A stretch of 64,000 bases of DNA from Oscillospiraceae bacterium (GCA_035380125.1 DAOSWV010000004.1:43562-107561), one strand, 5' to 3'; shown: positions 27,783-37,109, counted from the stretch's first letter. Notes: generated from the sequence alone by a model not told the origin. Made by a program: numbers and translations.

Positions 27783-28757
27783 ATGCATTCGCAGAGACGT
27801 TACGGTATCGTTTACATATGCTGCATTCTCTCTGCTTTATTAGTGTCTTTGCTTACATTATCCATATCCGCCGCTTCTCCGACCCTGAGCGCTGAGCTCA
27901 AACCTTCGGCGGACGGGAAGACCATAATAGTGGTTTTTTCGATTACAAATAACCCCGGCATCGCGGGTTTTCGGTTCACGATGAACTATGACAACACGGT
28001 ACTTAAACCGGTGCAGACCGTCTGTAAGATTTCGGACGGATTGTATATCGATAACCACGAAACCGCCACCACCCAATTGAATGTAGTGTGGGCCAACGGA
28101 ACGAATTATACCGGAAACGGAGAACTGTGCAGCGCAACCTTCTCGGTGATCGGAACCGTCAAAGACGGGCAGTATCCGATCACGATTACCTATGATCCTG
28201 CCGATATTGTCAGTATTGTCGACGGTGATCCAAAATCCATCTCCTGCGAAGCCAATGGAATGACCGCATCGGTTCAGACGGTTTCGATACAGTCCGAACC
28301 TTCGCAACCGGTCTCGTCGGAAAACACCGGCAGTCAGATACAGAGCGCATCTCCCGTTTCGGCCTCTTCCTCAGCTTCTGCGGTTTCAAGCATACCTTCA
28401 TCTTCAACGATTTCAACGGGGACAAGCACACCGTTGATTGAAGTGAATAGTCAGGTGCCTGTTCCGGATTATACGAGTGCAGCTTCAGAAAACAGTATAA
28501 CACTGCAGTCCTCTCAATCCGTTTCCGGCACGGTTCAGAGCAGTTCCGGCGAAAACAGTCAAACACAATCACCCGGAACAGAAAGCATAAATTCTTATCC
28601 CACACTGTCCCAATCCTCGGGGGAACAAATCCCGACGCAGTCTCCCGACAGGAAAACCCCCGATATCCTTTTCATTGCGGTTCTGATTATCGCCGCAGGA
28701 GCGGCAGCCGTTTTAATCGTTTTCATCATCAGAAGAAACAAAACACAAGTGAAATAA
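27783..28757 (+). CDS. membrane-anchored cohesin-domain protein: signal/TM, cohesin, Ser/Thr-rich linker, C-terminal TM
   Basis: 324 aa. Cohesin-like hallmarks are NNPGIAGFRFTMNYDNTVLKPV, LNVVWANGTN and GQYPITITYD. The C-terminus reads ILFIAVLIIAAGAAAVLIVFIIRRNK. Confidence 0.75.
   Translation: MHSQRRYGIVYICCILSALLVSLLTLSISAASPTLSAELKPSADGKTIIVVFSITNNPGIAGFRFTMNYDNTVLKPVQTVCKISDGLYIDNHETATTQLNVVWANGTNYTGNGELCSATFSVIGTVKDGQYPITITYDPADIVSIVDGDPKSISCEANGMTASVQTVSIQSEPSQPVSSENTGSQIQSASPVSASSSASAVSSIPSSSTISTGTSTPLIEVNSQVPVPDYTSAASENSITLQSSQSVSGTVQSSSGENSQTQSPGTESINSYPTLSQSSGEQIPTQSPDRKTPDILFIAVLIIAAGAAAVLIVFIIRRNKTQVK
27879..28283 (+). other. cohesin-like module 1 (approximate bounds)
   Basis: aa 33-167 of ORF 27783; see motifs above. 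Confidence 0.6.
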
Positions 28758-28773
28758 CAGAGAGGTGCCAAAA

Positions 28774-31700
28774 ATGTTAAAAGCGAAAAAGTTACTGATC
28801 ATCGTTCTGGGTGCATTGCTCGTTGTGAGTATGGCAGCTGTAATTGCAGTGAACGCCAGTACCAACCCGGCGCTGACAGTATCGTCTCACAGCATCGATT
28901 ACGACGCTGATTCGGCTGCACGGCAAATCACGGTTACAGTGAGTTTGCCCGAGAATTCGGAGTATTTGATTGCGGGTTCAAGATTCAACATCGGGTTTGA
29001 CCCGACAGTGATGACCTGCGATACGAGTACGGGGATTACCTGGAATGTCAGTAATGGCTTCAAAACCGCAAATCTTGCCGTTGTCAATACAAATTTGACA
29101 AATCTCACATTGGTTTGGGCAAATGACACAAATATTTCTTATACAACAACGACAGACAACACGGCATGGCTTGTCAAAATAACTTTCACCATTGCCGATA
29201 ATGCGCCGGCGGGTGTATATCCAATTACTATGTCGTTCCCCATCACTGGGACTTATGAGGGGAATATGACCAATGCTGCGCTTGACGATGTCCCGACCGA
29301 TTTGGTCAGCGGTTCGCTGACCATCAACCCGATTCCGATTACCTATACTGCGTCCATCACGGGTCTGAACGGCAGCGGCGAAGCGGTGTACGGCACCACA
29401 CTCGGCGCCAGCGCACTCAATATTACCGACGGACGCGACGGCAATTTAACGACTTATACCGAGGATCAAATCAGTTCTTTCACCTATCAGTGGTACAGAG
29501 ACGGCGCAGCGATCACAGGCGCCACAAGTGCAACCTATTCGCCGACTGCTGATGATATCGCGGCGACAGATACCGATATTGCAGCCAGCAACGATGGCTG
29601 CATCCTCTCCGTTACCATCGGAGCAACCGGGAATTTCACCGCAACGCCGGCGTCTTCAAGCGAGGTCAAAGCGGTCAGAGCGGCTTATACGGGCACCGTC
29701 CCGGTGCCGGTTCTGGTCTCCCGTACGACCGATTCGATCACCATCGGCATCTCTGATGATACGCTGACTAATTCAGACTGCCAATTTAAAATGGGCACCG
29801 AGGGCACCTGGCAGGACAGCCCGACGTTTAACAGTCTTGATAATTCGTTCAGCTATGTCTTCTATGCGCGTGTGGCAGAAACGACCACCACGTTAGCATC
29901 TGACGCAAGCGCCTCTTCCGCAACAATGAGACCCCAGCTCTCGGCAAGCGGAACACTGGGAATTGACGATACGACACCCGCATATGGCGAAACGCTGGGG
30001 GCGTATACAAGCGTACTGGATGCCGATTTTAAAGACCACGGTCTCAGCACGGCGGTATATACTTGGTATCGCGACAGCGTCACTGCGGCGAATGTCGTCG
30101 GTACGGGTTCGAGCTATACCGTGGTTGAGGCAGATATCGGTCACACCCTGACGCTCGGTATCAGCGCGGTGGATAATTTCACCGATTATAGTTGGGGCTT
30201 CACAGGTGCGGTTTATTCTTCGGCAACCGCAACGGTTGCAAAAGCCAACAATACTGCAACACCGGTCACACCTTCCGTCAATTCCAATGAATATGTAAAT
30301 ATCGGCGGATTGGTAATCAGCATACAAGAAAATCAGGAATATAAGATTACGCAAGGTGGCGTAACGGTGAGTGATTGGGCTTCTTATACCGGAACCACCA
30401 AGCAATTTGCAACATACCTCACGGATTGGTTGAAACCCGTGACGGATTATGTGATCACAACTCGGTTCACGGCTACCTCTACACAAAACGCCGGTACGGT
30501 GGAACAGACGCTTAATGTAACCACCGCACAATGGCGGCTGGATAACAGCGCCCTTTCGGTAAGTCCGGATTCTTGGGTTTACGGCATTGAAGAGACGGCA
30601 ACCGGAACCACAGATGTCATTGAGGCGGAGTCGTCGTTGATTTATCAATGGTACAGAGATACGGATGCAATTGTCGGGGCAAATACGAACAAGTATACGC
30701 CGGTTGAAGCGGACATCGGAAAGACGCTTAAAGTCACGTTGACTGTCGGCGGCAGTTACTCGTGGGATTCAGCACTGAACAAAGAGGAATCCGGTGTGGT
30801 CGATAAGGCCGCCGGTCCCGCCGCACCCGCCACGCCGGAATTGAGCAGTAAGTCCTACGACTATATCGAAGTGTATTCATCACAGGATAAACAATACGCG
30901 ATCACACAGACCCAGGGCAGCGCGCTGTATTGGACAGACGGCGCGATGTCAACCGTCGGCTGGATGGAATTGTCGCCCAATACAACCTATTACATCTATA
31001 CACGCGTCAAAGAGACCGAGACGAACTATGCCAGCGCTGCCTGCACAACACCGCTCGAGGTTACAACCGACAAATACCCGGTGACGGGTACCGTGACCAT
31101 CAGTGTATCGGGCGGCGGAGATGCCGAATGGGGCAAGACGCTGACGGCAGACACCACGAACATTAACCCGCAGTCAGCGGTTCCGTATATCATCTATAGC
31201 TGGTATTCCGGCGGAACACTGGTTCAATCCGGTACCGGATCTTCTTACGTGACGACCGAGTCCGATTTCGGAAAGAGCGTCTATGTTGTAGTTGTTGTAA
31301 ACGATAACCCGTATACAACACCCACACCGATTCAATCAAATTCAATAACGATTCTTGCAAAGACCATCAGCGGTACGGCAATCATAGCGGATCAAGCCGC
31401 TGACGGTGCCGAATGGGGCAGTGTGGTATTTGCGAATTCTTCTGGAATTATACCGTCCAGCATGCCTCGGACGAGTATTACATATGCCTGGTCAGTGGAA
31501 GGAACTGTAAAAGCAACGGGTCCCCTCTATTCGCCGGCTTCAACTGATGTCGGCAAAACCCTGACATTAACACTCGGCGCAACAGGAAGTTATCGCGGTT
31601 CTGTCACAACCACAACGACAATCGTGAAACAGACCATCACCGCGAAACCGACCGTATCGGGCAGCCCGACCTTCGGAACCACCATCAGCGCCGCGCTTGA

Positions 31701-34629
31701 CGCCATTCCGGCGGATGCCAGGACCAATATCGGGTATCAGTGGTATCGCAGTGATACCGAAACCGGAACCGGAACAGCGATTACAGGCGCAACGAGTGCA
31801 ACCTATGTTGTAATCGGGGATGATATCGGGAAATGGCTTTATGTAGCAGTCACGGTTGATTCCGCCAATGCGACTTATCGCGGCACCACCCGCAGTTTAG
31901 CTGTTGAGGGCGGTAAGGAGATCATCACCGCTACCATCGGCATCTCGGGTTCCGCAAAATACGACGAAGAACTTACAATAACCATAGGCTCACTGACACC
32001 TGCGGGAGCGACCTACGACGTGATCTGGTACCGTGACGACGTTCAGCTCAAACGCGGTGACGGCGCAACCCTCGCCAACACGCAGTATACGCTTGTCAAA
32101 GACGATATCGGAACTGTGATCAGCGCCACAATCATCGGCACCGGCAACTATACCGGCACACCGACAGCTGCCACAACGGCGACTGTCACCAAAGCCGACG
32201 GACCGGAGAAACCCGCTGCGCCGACCGCAGTTTCCAATACCTACAGCACGATCACCGTTACCGGCATCACCGGATATGCATACAAGATCGACAGCGGCAG
32301 CTGGGGTGCGACCAGAACATCGGACGGCACGTTTGACTTCACAGGATTGAGCCCGAATACCGAACACTCGATTTATTGTTACATTCCGGAAACGGATACG
32401 CATTTTGCATCCGTGTCCAGTGATGCGACGGTTGTCACAACACTCAAACAGACAATCACCGGATCGGTTTCGATCACCGGAACACTGACTTATGGAGAGA
32501 CCTTGTCGGTCAATATCAGCGGCGTGCTCCCGGCGGGCGCACAAGCCGGACTGACCTATGCGTGGTATCGCGGAGACAGCGCAGAGACCGCCACAGAGGC
32601 GATCGGCGTCACCTCATCGACACTGACACTCGGTGCTTCCGAGGTCGGGAAATATATCAAAGTGGAAGTTACCGGATCCGGTGACTACACCGGAGCATTG
32701 TCAGCGGTCAGTTCCGCCGCAGTGGCAAAAGCAAACGCGACTGCTCCGGATACACCTGTACTGATCAGTAAAACTTATAATAGCTTTACTATAGCTTCAT
32801 CGTTAGACAAACAATATGCAGCGACACAAACACTCGGCGGTACGCTGAACTGGATTGACGGCGGGGGTATAAGCACCGGATGGATGGCGTCTCCCAACAC
32901 CACCTACTATGTGTATGCGCGCCTCAAGGAGACTGATACGCATAACGCCAGTCCTGCCTGCGACGAACCGCTCATAGTTACGACCGACAAGCAGCCCATC
33001 ACCGGGACGGTCACAATCAGTGGTTCAACCTCCTACGGCGATACGCTGACAGCGGTCATTACCGGTATCTCACCGTTTTACGCACGGTATCATCTGACCT
33101 ATCAATGGTTTCGGATGGACGGAGGCGGCACAGTTCATTTAATACCCGGAGCGACAAGTCAAACCTATACGATCACCACTGATGATATCGGTTGCCAAAT
33201 AAATGTTGCCGCAATCGCAGAAACCGACAGTGATTATACAGGCTCTGTCGTATCCGCAAAAACAGCTACAGTTACCAAGAAGACCATCTCCGGCAGCATC
33301 AGCATCACCGGCAGTGCTTCTTATGGTGACACACTGAGCGTAGTTATCGCCAACGTCGCACCGAGCGGTTCTCAGGGCACACTGACATATCAGTGGCAGC
33401 GCTATACGGGAACCTCCGGCGTGACGACAAGCTCCACGCTTACTACGGGATCTTGGCAGAACATCGTCGGCGCAACGAATCCCACCTATACGGTGACGGC
33501 GGATGACATTGGTTCTATCGGCGGAGTCACAACTTTGCTCCGTGTGGTCGTGACGGGTGACGATGTCAACTATACCGGTTCACTTACGTCCGCAAGCGTA
33601 ACACCCGATAAGAAACTGGTCAGCGGTACGATCTCCATCACCGGAACGGTTCGGTACGGCTCCACGGTCACCGCTTCGGACAGTGTGCTTCCGAGCGGTG
33701 CAAACGCCGATATGAGCTATCGTTGGTTCCTTGACGGAACGGAAGTAGTCGGCAGAACCGACTCGACCTTCGCCATCGATGATGCTTCTTGGATCGGCAA
33801 GACTCTGACAGTCGAGAAATATGTGTCCAACACGGGCAGCTATTACACCGGTAGCGTGGCAAGCGCGGGAAAAGTGATCGGCAAGACCGTTAATCCCGGA
33901 ACGACGGTCCCGGTGCAAGTGCTGAGATTCGACAAAACAACCATCACGATTCAAGTCGTTCCGGGGCAAATCTACAGCATCGACGGCGGACTGACCTGGA
34001 CTGACGAGACGTTTGACGGCGTGTTCAGCGGCTTGACGCCCGGCCAGACCTACACAATCATCACCAAGATTCCCGGCAGTGAGACAGTCGATGACAGTAC
34101 GACGCTTTCGCTCACCATGCAGACCCAACCCGACGCTGTCAATGTGACCTATGAATTCTACAACGGAATCACCGGCACGGTCATTGTTCCGAGCCGCGTG
34201 GAAATCGGAACGCAGGCGACCATTCAAGTCATCGCGCCGGAGGGTTATAAACTGACCGAGATCTTCGATTCCATGCCGAACGGCGTGACACTCACGGCCA
34301 TCGGAAATGACACCTTCACCTTTGTCGCAGGCAAATACGACATTCGAATCTTTATCGCATTTACCGCGATAGAAACGGGCGGCGGACAGACTTCGAGCCC
34401 GACGAGTTCCTACACCTATTCGGTCCCGTCTACAGTTACGTCCAGCCCGAGTTCGACAGCTTCTACAGTCTCGCAGACAAGCAGTCAGACCGTCAGCACC
34501 GGCAGCGACACTTCGGTACCCAACATGGGTATGGGCGGCGCGTCGAATGCCGCGGGAATTGCAATCGGCCTGTTCGGCCTCTTGGGCATCGCACTGGTTG
34601 TGATCGAAAAGAGAAGAATTAAGAATTAA
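28774..34629 (+). CDS. giant cell-surface repeat protein: N-terminal cohesin-like module, 11 Y-x-W-[YF]-R Ig-like modules, 6 FN3-like modules, and a C-terminal motif-TM-basic tail
   Basis: The start is taken at ATG 28774 (GAGAGGTG RBS); a GTG at 28765 is also possible. A signal/anchor helix is present. IAGSRFNIGFDPTVMTC, LTLVWANDTN and AGVYPITMSF mark the cohesin-like module. The recurring pattern is YQWYRD..I.GAT..TY....DIGK.L.V.V. The C-terminus reads VPNMGMGGASNAAGIAIGLFGLLGIALVVIEKRRIKN. Confidence 0.8.
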   Translation: MLKAKKLLIIVLGALLVVSMAAVIAVNASTNPALTVSSHSIDYDADSAARQITVTVSLPENSEYLIAGSRFNIGFDPTVMTCDTSTGITWNVSNGFKTANLAVVNTNLTNLTLVWANDTNISYTTTTDNTAWLVKITFTIADNAPAGVYPITMSFPITGTYEGNMTNAALDDVPTDLVSGSLTINPIPITYTASITGLNGSGEAVYGTTLGASALNITDGRDGNLTTYTEDQISSFTYQWYRDGAAITGATSATYSPTADDIAATDTDIAASNDGCILSVTIGATGNFTATPASSSEVKAVRAAYTGTVPVPVLVSRTTDSITIGISDDTLTNSDCQFKMGTEGTWQDSPTFNSLDNSFSYVFYARVAETTTTLASDASASSATMRPQLSASGTLGIDDTTPAYGETLGAYTSVLDADFKDHGLSTAVYTWYRDSVTAANVVGTGSSYTVVEADIGHTLTLGISAVDNFTDYSWGFTGAVYSSATATVAKANNTATPVTPSVNSNEYVNIGGLVISIQENQEYKITQGGVTVSDWASYTGTTKQFATYLTDWLKPVTDYVITTRFTATSTQNAGTVEQTLNVTTAQWRLDNSALSVSPDSWVYGIEETATGTTDVIEAESSLIYQWYRDTDAIVGANTNKYTPVEADIGKTLKVTLTVGGSYSWDSALNKEESGVVDKAAGPAAPATPELSSKSYDYIEVYSSQDKQYAITQTQGSALYWTDGAMSTVGWMELSPNTTYYIYTRVKETETNYASAACTTPLEVTTDKYPVTGTVTISVSGGGDAEWGKTLTADTTNINPQSAVPYIIYSWYSGGTLVQSGTGSSYVTTESDFGKSVYVVVVVNDNPYTTPTPIQSNSITILAKTISGTAIIADQAADGAEWGSVVFANSSGIIPSSMPRTSITYAWSVEGTVKATGPLYSPASTDVGKTLTLTLGATGSYRGSVTTTTTIVKQTITAKPTVSGSPTFGTTISAALDAIPADARTNIGYQWYRSDTETGTGTAITGATSATYVVIGDDIGKWLYVAVTVDSANATYRGTTRSLAVEGGKEIITATIGISGSAKYDEELTITIGSLTPAGATYDVIWYRDDVQLKRGDGATLANTQYTLVKDDIGTVISATIIGTGNYTGTPTAATTATVTKADGPEKPAAPTAVSNTYSTITVTGITGYAYKIDSGSWGATRTSDGTFDFTGLSPNTEHSIYCYIPETDTHFASVSSDATVVTTLKQTITGSVSITGTLTYGETLSVNISGVLPAGAQAGLTYAWYRGDSAETATEAIGVTSSTLTLGASEVGKYIKVEVTGSGDYTGALSAVSSAAVAKANATAPDTPVLISKTYNSFTIASSLDKQYAATQTLGGTLNWIDGGGISTGWMASPNTTYYVYARLKETDTHNASPACDEPLIVTTDKQPITGTVTISGSTSYGDTLTAVITGISPFYARYHLTYQWFRMDGGGTVHLIPGATSQTYTITTDDIGCQINVAAIAETDSDYTGSVVSAKTATVTKKTISGSISITGSASYGDTLSVVIANVAPSGSQGTLTYQWQRYTGTSGVTTSSTLTTGSWQNIVGATNPTYTVTADDIGSIGGVTTLLRVVVTGDDVNYTGSLTSASVTPDKKLVSGTISITGTVRYGSTVTASDSVLPSGANADMSYRWFLDGTEVVGRTDSTFAIDDASWIGKTLTVEKYVSNTGSYYTGSVASAGKVIGKTVNPGTTVPVQVLRFDKTTITIQVVPGQIYSIDGGLTWTDETFDGVFSGLTPGQTYTIITKIPGSETVDDSTTLSLTMQTQPDAVNVTYEFYNGITGTVIVPSRVEIGTQATIQVIAPEGYKLTEIFDSMPNGVTLTAIGNDTFTFVAGKYDIRIFIAFTAIETGGGQTSSPTSSYTYSVPSTVTSSPSSTASTVSQTSSQTVSTGSDTSVPNMGMGGASNAAGIAIGLFGLLGIALVVIEKRRIKN
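28867..29331 (+). other. cohesin-like module 2 (approximate bounds)
   Basis: Module immediately after the N-terminal hydrophobic helix of the giant ORF. Confidence 0.55.
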
Positions 34630-34646
34630 TATTGTTCAAATCAAAA

Positions 34647-34673
34647 CGCCGCGCGGCTAAAAACCGCGCGGCG
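34647..34673 (+). terminator. GC-rich hairpin after the giant gene; weak T-tract, possibly a partial terminator
   Basis: CGCCGCGCGG-ctaaaaa-CCGCGCGGCG. Confidence 0.45.
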
Positions 34674-34722
34674 ATTCAGTCTAAAGGCAAATTACATAAA
34701 ATGTAAGAAGTGGAGAAAACAT

Positions 34723-37047
34723 ATGAAAAAGCTCATAGCTCTATTCCTTGCGGTATCACTGCTTTCACTGACGCTGACCGGAATTCCCGTTTCGGCTCAG
34801 GATACGGATTCCGGCATAAGAGCAGTTACATATCAATATATCGGCACAAGTCCGACGGGCTTGAACGATTATGTTCTGCTGGATGAAGACGGAAACGTCA
34901 TTGAAAACAAAGGCTTGATTGAGAATGATAACCGCGACAGAGCGCTTCCCGTCTCATTCGATTTGCGCAATGTTGAAGGCGTCAGTTATGTTACATCGGT
35001 AAAGAATCAGGGGAGTTACGGTACCTGCTGGTCTTTTGCTTCGGTGGGCGCTCTGGAATCCAATCTGATTATGCAGGGTATTGCGGACACATCGATTGAC
35101 CTTTCCGAATTGCATACGGCTTGGTATGCTTATACGAAAGATTCTGTGAGTGGCAGTACGACCTATAACGACGGAAAATCTTACACAGGCATAGATAAAT
35201 ACAATGCGGGCGGATGGTCAAGCACAGCGTATGGGCTTTGGGGTTCTGCCGAGGGTGCGCAACTGGACGAAAACGCACTGTATTCAAACGCGTCCAATAC
35301 TGGTTTTTTCACCGAGACACAACGAAAAGAATCTTATTACAGGGTCAAAAGCGCCTATGAAATTCCCGTAAATAATACGGATGCGGTGAAAAGCAGTTTG
35401 GTGGCAAACGGCGCTATGTATTTATCGTTTTGGTTAAACTGGAATTGTTTTAATGCATCTAAATCAACATATTATAATCCTTCTTATGATTATTCCAACG
35501 ACCCGTATTCTTCCAGTGGCGGACATGCGGTCCTTCTTGTTGGTTGGGATGATGATTATCCGGCTTCAAACTTTGTGACAACGCCGGCCGGAAACGGCGC
35601 TTGGCTGTGCCGGAACAGCTGGGGGACAAGTTCGGGTGATGGGGGTTACTTCTGGATTTCATATTATAATCATGCGATCACCAATTTCACGACTTTTATC
35701 GGTACAACCAATGACAATTATGATAATTACAATCAATATGAGCGCACCGGTTTCCCTCTTGCTTTAGTCAGCGATGAAATTTATCTTGCCAATGTCTTCA
35801 CTGCAAACACGGCGTCCACCCTCGAAGCGGTGGCTTTCCGTATGGAGAGTTACGACGGCACCTCCGGAACACCGGGATTTGATTATACAATTAAAATTTA
35901 TAAGAATTTGCCGACAACGGTGACAAACCCGACTGCAGGTACTCTTTCCGCTTCGGTTTCGGGACATTCCAATTACGGCGGCTACCTTACGGTGGATTTG
36001 TCTTCGGCTATATCACTTGCCGCCGGCACCAAATATTCCATCGTGATTTCATGTAAATCCACTTCGGCAATTTACGATGGTGTAGTTAATTTCGGCGCTG
36101 AGAAATTGGTCGGAACTACTCTTGATGAGGGAACAAATTCGAGCGCAGGAATCAGCTTTTGGGGTGATGGAGTCACCTGGGTTGATACATACGGGACCGC
36201 ATCCATCAGCGGTTTTGATTTTGACGGCAACTTCCCGATCAAAGCATTGACAGATGACGTCGATTCGACCTATGCGGCCACAAGGGCATTGGTTCAACAG
36301 CAACTCGACGAGACCGAGGGCTGTACACAGGGTACGGCAACCGCAGACCAGTGGACGGCATTTACCGAGGCCAGAACTCTCTGTGAAAGCATTGTGGACG
36401 ATACTACTGTGAGCAAAGCGGATTTGAACAACGCGGTCATTCGAATGAAGGTTACTCGTGAAAACGCACCGGGCATCTCATATCCGACTTCGGCGGATTT
36501 CACAATTTCCGTCAGCAACGGAATTGCGACTGTTACAGCTTATACCGGAACCGACACTTCGGTAACCGTACCGAAAACACTGGACGGATATACGCTGTCG
36601 ATTATCTCCTCAACCGCGTTCAGCGGGAATACCGCAATCAAAACCGTTTATTTCGAAGGAAATCCCTCCTCCATCTCCTCAACTGCGTTCTCTGGATGCA
36701 CGAGTCTCCAGTTCGTGTATTTCATGGGCAACGCGCCGGCGGTTTCCGGCACGATAGGGGCGGGCAGTCCGATTGGCGTTCCGACTTATTATAAAAACGG
36801 CACAACCGGATGGACCAGCAGCCCTTGGAGCGGCAATGCGACCGCAGTGGTTCCCGGTGACTTCAATTTAGACGTTTCTATGAATATCACCGATGCCGTG
36901 GCGTTCATTCAACGGTTGGCACAAGTCGGTTCTTATACCCTTGATGAATTCGCCGCAATTGATATTACACGTGACGGTTCGGTCAATATGGCGGATATCG
37001 TCCTATTAGTACAAGCATTGGCCAATCCTGCAATCGAGCTTAATTAA
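34723..37047 (+). CDS. secreted papain-family (C1) cysteine protease with BspA-type leucine-rich repeats and a C-terminal type-I-like dockerin
   Basis: Signal peptide MKKLIALFLAVSLLSLTLTGIPVSAQD. Catalytic residues are intact: QGSYGTCWSFAS (Cys102), GGHAVLLVGWDD (His268), RNSWG (Asn298). LRR segments read TLSIISSTAFSGNTAIKTVYF and ISSTAFSGCTSLQFVYF. The dockerin is described in the next feature. Confidence 0.85.
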   Translation: MKKLIALFLAVSLLSLTLTGIPVSAQDTDSGIRAVTYQYIGTSPTGLNDYVLLDEDGNVIENKGLIENDNRDRALPVSFDLRNVEGVSYVTSVKNQGSYGTCWSFASVGALESNLIMQGIADTSIDLSELHTAWYAYTKDSVSGSTTYNDGKSYTGIDKYNAGGWSSTAYGLWGSAEGAQLDENALYSNASNTGFFTETQRKESYYRVKSAYEIPVNNTDAVKSSLVANGAMYLSFWLNWNCFNASKSTYYNPSYDYSNDPYSSSGGHAVLLVGWDDDYPASNFVTTPAGNGAWLCRNSWGTSSGDGGYFWISYYNHAITNFTTFIGTTNDNYDNYNQYERTGFPLALVSDEIYLANVFTANTASTLEAVAFRMESYDGTSGTPGFDYTIKIYKNLPTTVTNPTAGTLSASVSGHSNYGGYLTVDLSSAISLAAGTKYSIVISCKSTSAIYDGVVNFGAEKLVGTTLDEGTNSSAGISFWGDGVTWVDTYGTASISGFDFDGNFPIKALTDDVDSTYAATRALVQQQLDETEGCTQGTATADQWTAFTEARTLCESIVDDTTVSKADLNNAVIRMKVTRENAPGISYPTSADFTISVSNGIATVTAYTGTDTSVTVPKTLDGYTLSIISSTAFSGNTAIKTVYFEGNPSSISSTAFSGCTSLQFVYFMGNAPAVSGTIGAGSPIGVPTYYKNGTTGWTSSPWSGNATAVVPGDFNLDVSMNITDAVAFIQRLAQVGSYTLDEFAAIDITRDGSVNMADIVLLVQALANPAIELN
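36847..37044 (+). other. dockerin-like module with two Ca-binding loop/helix repeats
   Basis: GDFNLDVSMNITDAVAFIQRL and IDITRDGSVNMADIVLLVQAL. Both loops fit D-x-[NT]-x-D-x3-N-x2-D. Confidence 0.7.
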
Positions 37048-37065
37048 ACGAAAACAACGAATAAA

Positions 37066-37096
37066 ACAGGCGCGGCAGATTTTCTGCCGCGCCTGT
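37066..37096. terminator. bidirectional terminator between the protease gene (+) and the ABC exporter gene (-)
   Basis: 13-bp stem ACAGGCGCGGCAG/CTGCCGCGCCTGT, with an A-rich 5' flank and TGTT on the 3' side. Confidence 0.65.
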
Positions 37097-37109
37097 TGTT
37101 ATGTATTGA

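Noticed and set aside
29893-30648. 251-aa minus-strand ORF, and similar ORFs at 31990-32544 and 33580-34227
   Set aside because: All are embedded antisense in the 5.9-kb surface-protein gene. Their composition is Arg/Cys/Gly-rich, typical of antisense frames of Thr/Ala/Gly-rich coding DNA.
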